Origin: Nitrospirota bacterium
GTDB taxonomy: Bacteria > Nitrospirota > UBA9217
NCBI GenBank assembly: GCA_963845065.1
Contig: CAWJQQ010000002.1
Coordinates: 405,597 to 469,596, forward strand
Direction of reading: 5' to 3'
Length of the DNA: 64,000 nucleotides
The notes beneath the pieces were generated by a model that was not told where the DNA came from, did not search any database, and saw only the letters and a program-made list of their open reading frames with translations. Positions 20,200 through 29,882 of the stretch are shown here, piece by piece. Numbering within the stretch: position 1 is the stretch's first letter; the number at the start of each line of letters is the position of its first letter. A program made the position numbers and the translations under genes.

Positions 20200-22869
20200 A
20201 TGGGCAAGGGAAAGGCGTGTTTTGTAAGTGGAGCGTTCATATGCTTTCTGCTTTTGTCGTTGTCGATGCGGGCAGTCGCAGCCTCTGACATTGTCCGTGC
20301 GACGCTTGGAAACGGTCTGCGCGTAGTGATCGTGCCGAATGATCTTGCGCCCGTAGTTACCACGGAAGTAAACTATCTTGTGGGTTCTAACGAAGCGCCC
20401 GCTGGATTTCCCGGCATGGCTCATGCCCAGGAGCATATGATGTTTCGCGGCAACCCGGGAATGTCTGCCGCTCAGCTTGCGAACATTATCGCATTAATGG
20501 GAGGCAAGTTCAACGCAGACACTCAGCAGACCGTGACCCAGTATTTCCTTACGGTGCCCAAAGATGACATAGATGTAGCGCTGAAGGTAGAATCGGTACG
20601 CATGCGTGATGTCCTAGACTCCGAAAAGCTTTGGGCACAAGAACGAGGAGCCATCGAGCAGGAGGTGGCACAGGACCTGTCGAATCCCGAGTACGTTTTT
20701 TTCATACGGCTTCTTGAGAATATGTTCAGCAATACACCCTATGCCCACGATGCCCTGGGCACGCGGCCTTCGTTCGATAAGACGACCGGTGCAATGCTCA
20801 AGGAATTCTACAACACGTGGTATGCACCGAACAATGCTATTCTTATTATCGCAGGTGATGTAAATCCGGCCAAGACCCTGGAAAAGGTGAAGGAACTGTT
20901 CGAATCGATCCCTGCTAAAAGTTTACCACCACGCCCGGATATTCACCTTGAGGCACTAAGGCCGTCTTCGATCAAGCTGGATACCGACCTTCCCTATGGG
21001 CTTGCCATGGTGACATTCCGTCTGCCCGGCTACGACAGCCCTGACTATGCAGCTGGGCAAATCCTGGCTGATGTTCTGGACAGCCGCAGGGGAAGCCTCT
21101 ATACGCTAGTTACTGAAGGTAAGGCGCTCTTCACCGGATTCGACGGCGAGTCACTTCCAAAAGCATCGTTCGGGTATGCTACAGCAGCATTTCCCTCCGG
21201 TTGGGATGGTTCTGCACTTGTTGCTGCAATAAAAAATATAGTGGCCGATTACGTGAAAAACGGGGTTCCGGCCGATATCGTTGAGGCGTCAAAACACCAT
21301 GAGATTACGGACGCTGAATTTCAGTCCAATTCCATATCCGGGCTCGCTGCGGTTTGGTCCCAGGCGCTTGCCGTGGAGGGCCGCTCCTCTCCGGATGACG
21401 ATATTGTTGCAATCAAAAAAGTGACAGAAGCAGACGTGAACCGCGTTCTCAGGGAATACCTCGTAAATGATACCGCGATTACAGCCGTTCTTACACCGCG
21501 CCCCTCGGGAAAACCTGTATCAACAAAAGGGTTCGGTGGCAATGAGTCGTTTGCCCCGGCTGAGACCACTCATGCCAAACTTCCTCTTTGGGCGAAAAGA
21601 GTTGATTTATTACCGGGCGTCCCGATTTCCCGAGTAAAACCCACGGTCTCTACATTGCCTAATGGTATTCGTTTGATCGTTCAACCGGAAAACGTCAGTC
21701 CAACGATTACTGTTATGGGGCAAATCAAGAATAAACCGGATCTTGAAGAACCCCCAGGACAGGAAGGAGTCGCTGATATCCTGGAAAACCTGTTCTCTTA
21801 CGGGACAACGTCTCTGGATCGGTTGGCGTTTCAGAAGGCACAGGACGACATCGGAGCTACCATCTCGGCTGGTACGAGTTTTTCACTTAAGGTTCTCTCC
21901 GAATACTTTGACCGCGGCATGGCGCTTCTTGCTGACGATCTACTGCATCCCGCCCTACCCAATTCTGCGTTCGAAATCGTGCGGCAGCAAAAATTAAGCT
22001 CGCTGCCGGGACTGCTTAGAAGTCCTTCTTATATTTCGCGGCGAACACTGCGTGAGGATCTCTATCCCAAAAATGACCCATCGCTCCGCCAGGCTTTGCC
22101 TGAGACAGTAAGCAAACTTACGTTAAAAGAACTCAGGTCCTATTATGATACGGCGTTTCGCCCCGACCTAACGACGATCGTTGTCATCGGTCGGACAACT
22201 CCCGAGCAAGCCAGGGGCATAGTTGAAAAGTATCTCGGATCATGGGAGTCGCATGGAAACAAGCCGGAGACAGACCTCCCTCCGGTACCGACCAACAAGC
22301 CCTCTATGTCAACGGTGCCCGATGCAAGCAGGGTCCAGGATCAGGTAACACTGGCCGAGACGATGGGCATCACGCGTTCTTCCCCCGACTATTACAAACT
22401 TGTGCTCGGTAATCATGTATTGTCAGGAGCATTCTACGCTTCCCGGCTATATCACGATCTGCGTGAGAAGGCCGGTCTGGTTTATACAGTTGATTCGTTC
22501 ATAGAAGCGAAAAAGACCCGCTCTCTTTTCGGAGTCTTCTTTGCCTGTGATCCACCAAACGTTGACAAGGCGCGTACCATGGTGGAACGTGACTTGGGAA
22601 CAATGCAAACTGCCCCTGTTACCCAAACTGAATTGCGACGGGCCAAAATTCTGCTGATAAGGCAGTTGCCACTTTCAGAGGCAAGCACGGACAGCATCGC
22701 CCAGGGAATGCTTTCCCGTTCCCAGGAAGACTTGCCGCTCGACGAGCCTGTGAAGGCCGCCGAACAGTACCTGCACATCTCGTCAAAACAGGTGCAAAAT
22801 GCCTTTACCCAATGGATCCGGCCAAAAGGGTTTGCTCAAGTAACGCTAGGCCCGAATCCGAGCCCCTGA
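20200..22869 (+). CDS. M16 family (pitrilysin/PqqL-like) zinc metallopeptidase
   Basis: HAQEH (HxxEH), four-domain M16 layout and a signal peptide. Start placed at ATG 20200 after GGAG (the ORF track starts at 20101). Confidence 0.9.
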   Translation: MGKGKACFVSGAFICFLLLSLSMRAVAASDIVRATLGNGLRVVIVPNDLAPVVTTEVNYLVGSNEAPAGFPGMAHAQEHMMFRGNPGMSAAQLANIIALMGGKFNADTQQTVTQYFLTVPKDDIDVALKVESVRMRDVLDSEKLWAQERGAIEQEVAQDLSNPEYVFFIRLLENMFSNTPYAHDALGTRPSFDKTTGAMLKEFYNTWYAPNNAILIIAGDVNPAKTLEKVKELFESIPAKSLPPRPDIHLEALRPSSIKLDTDLPYGLAMVTFRLPGYDSPDYAAGQILADVLDSRRGSLYTLVTEGKALFTGFDGESLPKASFGYATAAFPSGWDGSALVAAIKNIVADYVKNGVPADIVEASKHHEITDAEFQSNSISGLAAVWSQALAVEGRSSPDDDIVAIKKVTEADVNRVLREYLVNDTAITAVLTPRPSGKPVSTKGFGGNESFAPAETTHAKLPLWAKRVDLLPGVPISRVKPTVSTLPNGIRLIVQPENVSPTITVMGQIKNKPDLEEPPGQEGVADILENLFSYGTTSLDRLAFQKAQDDIGATISAGTSFSLKVLSEYFDRGMALLADDLLHPALPNSAFEIVRQQKLSSLPGLLRSPSYISRRTLREDLYPKNDPSLRQALPETVSKLTLKELRSYYDTAFRPDLTTIVVIGRTTPEQARGIVEKYLGSWESHGNKPETDLPPVPTNKPSMSTVPDASRVQDQVTLAETMGITRSSPDYYKLVLGNHVLSGAFYASRLYHDLREKAGLVYTVDSFIEAKKTRSLFGVFFACDPPNVDKARTMVERDLGTMQTAPVTQTELRRAKILLIRQLPLSEASTDSIAQGMLSRSQEDLPLDEPVKAAEQYLHISSKQVQNAFTQWIRPKGFAQVTLGPNPSP

Positions 22870-22888
22870 GCGGGCTTACAAAAAAAGA

Positions 22889-23485
22889 ATGCTTCCCGCC
22901 GAGTGCGGAAATGGGTTCCGGAGCGAGTTGGCAGCAATAGTCGGGCTAGTCTCAAAGAAAATGGCTGGTATGAAGACGATTGTGTTACTATTCTGCTGTC
23001 TCATACTTCTTCAGGGTTGCGTCTATCCGATTTCAAAGGATCTTGTTGAAAAAACGGACAGGACCATCACATTTGAAATGCTGCAGGCAGACCCCAATCT
23101 GTATAAGGGGAAGGTCATCATTCTCGGTGGGAGTATCGCCGCAATCACCGGCATTGTGGACGGTTCGCTGATCGACGTTTACCAGACCCCTCTTGATTAC
23201 TGGGGCAGGCCCATCAGCACAAATAAATCAAGGGGGCAGTTTCTGATATATACGCCGATATATGTCGATCCTGATATCTACTCGCCTGGCAGTGAGATCA
23301 CCGTAGCCGGTGAAACCGAAGGAACAACACTAAAACTGCCCGGTAATACGGAACTCCCCAAAGACACCTATCCCGTTCTTGTTTCAAAGGAACTCAAGCT
23401 CTGGCCGAGAAAGCAGGGCTCGGAGGATCCCAACTGGTGGGATCATCTTTGGGATCCGCTTTCCCCGATATATTATCCCATGTAA
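22889..23485 (+). CDS. Slp-family outer membrane lipoprotein
   Basis: Lipobox LQGC, GG.I, GQFL, DP.IY..G..ITVAG and YPV..LW. The true start is probably MKTIV (22970). Confidence 0.85.
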   Translation: MLPAECGNGFRSELAAIVGLVSKKMAGMKTIVLLFCCLILLQGCVYPISKDLVEKTDRTITFEMLQADPNLYKGKVIILGGSIAAITGIVDGSLIDVYQTPLDYWGRPISTNKSRGQFLIYTPIYVDPDIYSPGSEITVAGETEGTTLKLPGNTELPKDTYPVLVSKELKLWPRKQGSEDPNWWDHLWDPLSPIYYPM

Positions 23486-23501
23486 TAGTGCGAGGGCAGG
23501 C

Positions 23502-23635
23502 ATGCTCAAGTGGATCTATACAACAACAGGAACTTTCGTGGACTCCTCCCCCGGTCGAAGATGTTGATGGAAAAGCGTATGTGGGGTCGGGAGGCAATAA
23601 GCTCGATGCCATAAACTCCAATGGCACAAAAGGGG
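23502..23635 (+). pseudogene. Single frameshifted PQQ-like beta-propeller repeat (gene remnant)
   Basis: LKWIYTTTGTFVDSSP/VEDVDGKAYVGSGGNKLDAINSNGTK matches the W....G..SSP....DG..YVGS....LYAIN.DGT repeat. Confidence 0.6.
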
Positions 23636-23867
23636 AAGGAGGTTTTTTTTCCTACCGCCATTGATGGCGGGACCGCGTAAACTTACCAACAATATTCATT
23701 ATCATGGATTGACTTAGTATTTCTTGAAAAACCGCGGCCCCTGATTTACACTCACCATCCTTCATTCTCTAACGTCGGTTCGCCGATTCTGTAAAACGCC
23801 ATGCGATTTCATCATTTCTGTACATATGTATAGCTGTGCCTCAATGGCAATATAACAAAACAACTTT

Positions 23868-25245
23868 GGCTCTTCCGGGTTTCCTATGGGTCGCATTTAG
23901 GGCCGGAAAGCGGTTTCAACCGCGACTGGTGCGGTTAGTTTGAGTTTATCGTTCTTTGAAAACTTGACACGTTTCGGTGCAGGGAGTATGGTCTTGTCTC
24001 ATGAAGAAGACCACTCTCCGCTCGCTCTACAGCTTTCCGGGTTTCCAAGCTCTAGCTACGTTGAAGGAGGTTCCGGAAGACCCCCGTGCCCGCATCATCG
24101 TCCTTCGACGTCGACAAAAAAAACGATTTGCTCCTGTGGTCACTCGCAAAAGGGTTTCTACGATCGGATCATCCATCAGGTCAGGGACCTCGATTCCGGC
24201 GGCATTCGCATTTATCTTGAGTTTGAGTATCGCCGGGTGCGCTGCAAGGGGTGCCAGACCGTGAAGCGCGAAACTCTCGCATGGCTGGCATCATCAAAAC
24301 GCTTCACGGATCGTTTTGAGCAGGCAATCGGTCGTCAGTGCCGTGAGATGTCCATTGTCCGCGTAGCTGAGATGAATCGCCTGAGTTGGGACCAGGTCCG
24401 GCGCATCGAGAAGAACTACATGCGTGCGCTCCTGGCCAAACATCCACCGTCCGATAATCTTCGGGCCATAGGAGTCGACGAGATATCTATCTCCAAGGGC
24501 CATACCTATGCAATCGTCGTCGCGGATCTGGATGAAAAGCGACCGATCTGGCTTGGCGGCGAAGGCCGCCGAGAAGAGGATATGGACCTCTTTTTCAATG
24601 AAATCGGACCGGAGCGAGCGAAAGGCATCCAGCTTGCGGTCATGGATATGTGGAAAGCCTTTAGAAACTCCACAATGAGCCATGCACCATCCGCGCAGTT
24701 CGTCTTCGATAAGTTCCATGTGCTTAATCATCTCTCGATGGCCATGGACGAAGTCAGGCGGCGCGAGTACAAACGTGTCAGTGAGAAAGAACGACGGTTC
24801 ATCAAGGGCCAGCGCTATACGCTGCTTTCTAACCGGGACAACTTGGACCTGGATGGCAGGCGATCCTTGAAACTTTTGCTTAAAGCCAATAGCCGCATCC
24901 ACAAGGCCTATCTTCTCAAAGAATCTTTCGGTCAGCTCTGGTCATACAATAATCCGACCTGGGCGCGGAAGTTCTTCGAGAACTGGAAAGTGCAACTCCG
25001 CTGGAGCCGTTTGGAACCGTTTCAGAAATTCGCTGCACTGGTCGAACGTCACTGGGATGGCATCATCAGTTACTGCAATCCCGATAACAAAGTCTCCCTC
25101 GGCTTCATGGAGGGATTGAACAACAAGATCCGGGTGATTCAACGTCGGGCTTATGGCATCAGGGATAGGGAATATCTTCGACTCAAGGTACTTACATCCT
25201 TTCTCTCAGATGCAAAAAATGACCCACACTAAACCCAGAAGACCC
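23868..25245 (+). mobile_element. Complete ISL3-family insertion sequence
   Basis: Imperfect 25-bp TIRs (GGCTCTTCCGGGTTTCCTATGGGTC / GACCCACACTAAACCCAGAAGACCC) and an 8-bp TSD ACAACTTT (23860-23867, 25246-25253). Confidence 0.92.
24001..25232 (+). CDS. ISL3 transposase, probably expressed through a -1 frameshift at the A8 run 24116-24123
   Basis: IGVDE, VMDMW, FDKFH and EGLNNKI motifs. An N-terminal frame MKKTTLRSLYSFPGF..RRRQKK can join the main frame (KTICSCG) at the A-run. Confidence 0.85.
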
Positions 25246-25253
25246 ACAACTTT

Positions 25254-25466
25254 CGATGATAAAAAAAATGGTCGTTAATGCGACAAGGAGAAATATTTTG
25301 CTGTCCACGTTGCAACGTCAAAATACATGCCGATGAGCATGTTGCGGACACTATAGGTAATTACCTATTGCTGCATCCTAATACGGTCGAACAAATAACA
25401 CTGCATCTTCCAAAGGGTCGGCTATGCTCCGTAAGGAATCGCCTTGTTGGAAGCTCAAACCATTAG
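25254..25466 (+). pseudogene. TnpB/Cas12-like C-terminal remnant (Zn ribbon plus RuvC-III-like HAD) beside the ISL3
   Basis: RQGEIFCCPRCNVKIHADEHVADTIG resembles F.C..C....HAD..AA.NI. Confidence 0.5.
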
Positions 25467-25556
25467 ATTAGTATTATCTTTTCAGAATGTCTCTCTGCTT
25501 AATATATATCGGTTCTTTACAAAATGGTTGAAGAGAGGGAAAAGTCAAAGTGAACT

Positions 25557-26207
25557 ATGATCCCGCTTAAAGATATCGACCGCAAACCCTCACGTTTCCC
25601 GGCTATAACTACTCTGATCATCGGGGTGAATTCACTTGTATTCCTGCTTGAGCTGGTGAATGGACCAACCTTTATCGCCCGATGGTCATATAATCCGTTA
25701 GAAATTATTTCAGGGCGAAACTGGATTACAATACTGACCGCCATGTTTATACATGGTGGCTGGTTGCATATAATAGGCAACATGATATTTTTTTGGGCGT
25801 TTGGACCCGAGATCGAAGATATAATGGGAAGAGCAAGATTCCTGGTTTTTTATTTATCAGGCGGATTGGCGGCATCCCTAGCACAGGTGCTCATTAGCCC
25901 CGACTCCTCCAGCCTGAATCTGGGGGCAAGCGGTGCGATTGCAGCGGTTATGGGAGCATTTCTCATCACCTTTCCCCGCGACAGGATTCGCACAATTGTT
26001 TTTTTCGGATTTTTTGTAACTATTTTATTTGTTCCGGCGATCATCCTTGTAGGATTATGGTTCGCCCTTCAGTTATTCAGCGAGGTCGGCTCGCTGGCAA
26101 TGCAGCAGACTGGCGGTGGGATAGCGTATGCGGCGCATGTCGGAGGATTTCTGTTCGGCATGATTTTTGCTTCTTTATTTGAGTCCCACCGGCGACGCGA
26201 TAAATAG
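25557..26207 (+). CDS. Rhomboid intramembrane serine protease
   Basis: FIHGGWLHIIGNM, GASG (catalytic Ser) and AHVGG (catalytic His). Confidence 0.93.
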   Translation: MIPLKDIDRKPSRFPAITTLIIGVNSLVFLLELVNGPTFIARWSYNPLEIISGRNWITILTAMFIHGGWLHIIGNMIFFWAFGPEIEDIMGRARFLVFYLSGGLAASLAQVLISPDSSSLNLGASGAIAAVMGAFLITFPRDRIRTIVFFGFFVTILFVPAIILVGLWFALQLFSEVGSLAMQQTGGGIAYAAHVGGFLFGMIFASLFESHRRRDK

Positions 26208-26588
26208 GCCAAAACGATCTGAAGCCGATAAACAGTAATGTGGCAATGAATGGCCCTGGGCATCATGGAGATGGTAGTGAATGCTCCCGCACAACCAAAT
26301 GTTGGTTCGGGCTTCCAAGAAAGCAGTTCCTCATTAGGGATAGCCGTTTGGAAGAGGCAGTGTAACTTACGAGAGTTTCTTATCGCAAACTTTGTTGTGA
26401 TTTACATGTTGAACGTATCGTTCTAAGACACCATGTTAGAGCCCATGTCAAATCACAAATTAGTCATGTTGCGCTGTAGGAATGAGTTTTTTATCTAGGT
26501 ACGATAAAAGGTAATATTTGCCAGGGCGCATAAGGAATGCATTCCGATTAGAAATCGGGATTGTATCGATCGGCACAGGAGATTAAAC

Positions 26589-29500
26589 ATGACAACAGGA
26601 AATATATCAGCGTGCATATTATGGTTTACTCTTTCTCTCACTGTGTGTCAGACAAACCTTTATGGTGAGGATAAAAAACCTACCCTGTCATTGCCAGTCT
26701 ACCGCCTCTCTGTCTCATTTGACTTGAAAAATAATCTTTTGATAGGCAGAGCGGTAATTACGCTACCCGAGGCTGGAGGTATAACGGTTTCTCCTGGCGA
26801 GCTCAGGATCACGTCAGTCATGTTGAACAGATCGCCCGTGGATTATAGAACTAAGGACAATCTGTTGAAGATTACCGGCACTGGGATACTCGAAATAACA
26901 TACAAGAAGACCTTCCGTGGAGATACGGGAAACACTGAAAATCTTGAGAATGCAGGCGTTGTCCCTACCGGGGTGGTGGACGAGGGAGGCATCTCGCTAA
27001 CGGGCAACTGGTATCCTGCAATTGACGGACTTGCTTATTATAAGCTCACCGCTCTTGTTCCAAATAATTTCATTGCCATATCGGAGGCGGATGAAATTAC
27101 TGCGAAGAAAACCGCTTCGGGTAAAGAGTACGCATATGCTTTTTCGCACCCTTTAACTGGGATAGACTTCGTTGCGGGCAATTACCGTGAAGTCAGGGAT
27201 ACAGTTGATGGCATAGACATTTATGCCTACTTCTTCCCCGAAGACATTTCCCTTGCAGCCGACTATATCGAACACACAAAAAAGTATCTCAAAATGTACA
27301 ATGAACTACTCGTTCCCTATCCATACAAAAGATTCTCCATCGTAGAGAACATCCTGCCAACGGGCCTTTCCATGCCCACCTTTACCCTTCTAGGACGGGA
27401 AATCGTACGTCTCCCTTTTATTCTCAGGACCTCTCTGGGCCACGAGATCACTCATCAATGGTTCGGCAATTATGTTTATGCAGATTTTAAGAAAGGCAAC
27501 TGGCTTGAAGCGATCACCAGTGATCTTTCCGACCATCTATATGAGGAACAGAAAGGTAAAGGATGGGAGTACAGGAAGAATATCCTCATCAATTTCCAGA
27601 GCTATGTGACCCTCGATAAGGATTTCCCCCTCAGAGATTTCACGGAGAGGACCGGCTTCGCCTCTATGGCGATTGGTTATGGCAAAGGAGCTATGCTCTT
27701 TCATATGCTCGAGAACCTGCTTGGAAGAGACACATTCTATAAATCGTTACGGAGACTAATCGAGGACAATAAATTTAAGCAAGCCTCGTGGGCCGACGTT
27801 GAGAATTCTTTTGAGCAGGTATCAGGCAAAGACCTCGCATGGTTTTTCAACCAGTGGCTCGACCGCAAGGGAGTGCCCTCCTTCGAAGTACAGTACCCAG
27901 GTGCTTTTGTTTATAATGGAATTCCGACCGCGTCATTCGAGCTCGTACAGAAGGGAGAGCCTTACAGGATGGAATTACCAGCAAAAGTTATTACAAGAAC
28001 AGGTGAAGTGAAACAGTCGCTGGCATTGGAAAAAGAAAGGCAATATTTCGACATCGCTGCAGAAGACAACCCTTCAAATATAATCTTTGATGACGACTAC
28101 AATACTATGAGGACTCTTGCACACAATGAATTCCCTCCTGTTATCGCACGGCTACTCGGTGATGAAAAAAAGCTTATCGTTTACCCAGAAAAAGAGAAAG
28201 AAATATATGCCGGACTGATAGCCATTTTCAAAGGAGAAGGATTTGCTGCTAAAGGACAGCTTGAGGTGAATGATAAGGATATCCAGTCTTCCTCGCTCCT
28301 TATTCTGGGTTCTGAAAGCCCTGTACTTAAAAGGCTCTTCGGCGCGGCTGGTGAAAGAAAACCAGGATTTCTGCTTATCGTTAGAAATAACCCTCTGAAT
28401 GCTTCAAAAGTTGTAGCCTATGCCAATGGAGATTCAAAAGAAGAAATCGATCTCGCTGTTGAAAAGATATTTCACTATGGGAAGTATTCAGTTTTGCGCT
28501 TTGAAAAAGGGAAAAATGTGACAAAGGAAATTGTCAATACAGAACGCGGTATGGTATTCAATCTTCATGCGTTGGTAGAGGGCGTCGAACCGGAAAAATC
28601 CCTGAAGCTCGATGAAATAATCGATGCAGTCAGCGATAAGCCTGTTATCTTCATCGGTGAACGGCACACTAATTATGAGGACCATAAGGTGGAACTTTCA
28701 GTAATCATGGGTCTCTTTAAAAAAGGAAAGAAAATCGCTATCGGCATGGAAATGTTCCAAAAGCCTTTCCAGAAGGCAATCGATGAGTACCTCTCTGGGA
28801 CCGTTGGTGAAAGAGAATTTCTAAAAAAGACGGAATATTTTAAGAGATGGGGGTTCGACTACAATTATTACCGGGAAATCATAGAATACGCCGGGGCGAA
28901 AGGTATTCCAATTGTCGGATTGAACCAGCGGTCCGAGAACGTGGACAGAGTGGCCAAGGAAGGACTCGATGCCCTATCCGAAGAAGAAAGAAAAGAGATC
29001 CCTCAGGACATGGACATGTCTGATGATTCATATAAAAGACGCTTGAAGGATATCTATGAAGACCATCCTGGACAGATCTCCTTCGAGAACTTTTATCAAT
29101 CGCAGATCATCTGGGATGAGACCATGGCGCACTCGGCAGCCCGGTTCCTAGAGGAAAGACCAGATCACCAAATAATCATTCTTGCCGGAGTTGAACATAT
29201 CATGTATGGTTCGGGAATCCCAAGCAGGCTTCGCCGACTTACCGGCAGAGACTATGTCACACTTATAAACGGAACCTTCGACAGGGACATTGGCACCTAT
29301 GTGCTGTTTCCCGAGCCCCTCAAACCTCCTTTTACAGCGAAACTTGGAGTGATTGCCCAGGAATCAGCGGGCATGGTGCATGTCACTAATTTCCCACCTG
29401 ACAGTCCTGCGTTGAAATCAGGTCTTAGCAAGGGGGACATCATTACCTCTGTAGACGGCTGGAAGATACAGACCATAAACGATATAAAGATCGCCCTCTT

Positions 29501-29594
29501 TGACAAGGAACCGGGCCAAACGGTAAGTGTGAAGGTGGTGAGAAAAAGACTTCTTTTCGGCGCGAGGGAACTTGAATTTAATCTCTCCCTGTAA
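26589..29594 (+). CDS. M1-type aminopeptidase fused to ChaN-like and PDZ domains
   Basis: HEITH-x18-E and YGKG in the M1 domain; IGERH, IGMEMF, WDETMA and AGVEH in the ChaN/Tiki-like domain; C-terminal PDZ (SPALKSGL..GD.I..VDG). Confidence 0.8.
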   Translation: MTTGNISACILWFTLSLTVCQTNLYGEDKKPTLSLPVYRLSVSFDLKNNLLIGRAVITLPEAGGITVSPGELRITSVMLNRSPVDYRTKDNLLKITGTGILEITYKKTFRGDTGNTENLENAGVVPTGVVDEGGISLTGNWYPAIDGLAYYKLTALVPNNFIAISEADEITAKKTASGKEYAYAFSHPLTGIDFVAGNYREVRDTVDGIDIYAYFFPEDISLAADYIEHTKKYLKMYNELLVPYPYKRFSIVENILPTGLSMPTFTLLGREIVRLPFILRTSLGHEITHQWFGNYVYADFKKGNWLEAITSDLSDHLYEEQKGKGWEYRKNILINFQSYVTLDKDFPLRDFTERTGFASMAIGYGKGAMLFHMLENLLGRDTFYKSLRRLIEDNKFKQASWADVENSFEQVSGKDLAWFFNQWLDRKGVPSFEVQYPGAFVYNGIPTASFELVQKGEPYRMELPAKVITRTGEVKQSLALEKERQYFDIAAEDNPSNIIFDDDYNTMRTLAHNEFPPVIARLLGDEKKLIVYPEKEKEIYAGLIAIFKGEGFAAKGQLEVNDKDIQSSSLLILGSESPVLKRLFGAAGERKPGFLLIVRNNPLNASKVVAYANGDSKEEIDLAVEKIFHYGKYSVLRFEKGKNVTKEIVNTERGMVFNLHALVEGVEPEKSLKLDEIIDAVSDKPVIFIGERHTNYEDHKVELSVIMGLFKKGKKIAIGMEMFQKPFQKAIDEYLSGTVGEREFLKKTEYFKRWGFDYNYYREIIEYAGAKGIPIVGLNQRSENVDRVAKEGLDALSEEERKEIPQDMDMSDDSYKRRLKDIYEDHPGQISFENFYQSQIIWDETMAHSAARFLEERPDHQIIILAGVEHIMYGSGIPSRLRRLTGRDYVTLINGTFDRDIGTYVLFPEPLKPPFTAKLGVIAQESAGMVHVTNFPPDSPALKSGLSKGDIITSVDGWKIQTINDIKIALFDKEPGQTVSVKVVRKRLLFGARELEFNLSL

Positions 29595-29882
29595 AACTCA
29601 TTGCTAAGAAGTGTTGAAAAAGGTATCAATTCACTAAAATATTATTTGTTGAAAAAATTTGGTTTATAAATGAGGTCAGGAGAATTATGGCAGAGAGGAA
29701 TATTCTCGAGGAAAATTCATACCCCGAATTACGAATATCGCCATGTTGTTTTCCTCTGCAACAAGCACGCCTTAAGTATGAGAATGTCCAAGGTATCATT
29801 TTTATGGATGGCTCTTTTGCTCGGGACTCACTATAATTGAATCTGGGTAGTAGTGTAAGAATAGTCCAATCCCGCACGGTTC

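Noticed and set aside
29600-29840. Possible IS1182/IS5-like end (GTGTTGAAAAAG) and transposase relic
   Set aside because: No partner inverted repeat or recognisable catalytic motif.
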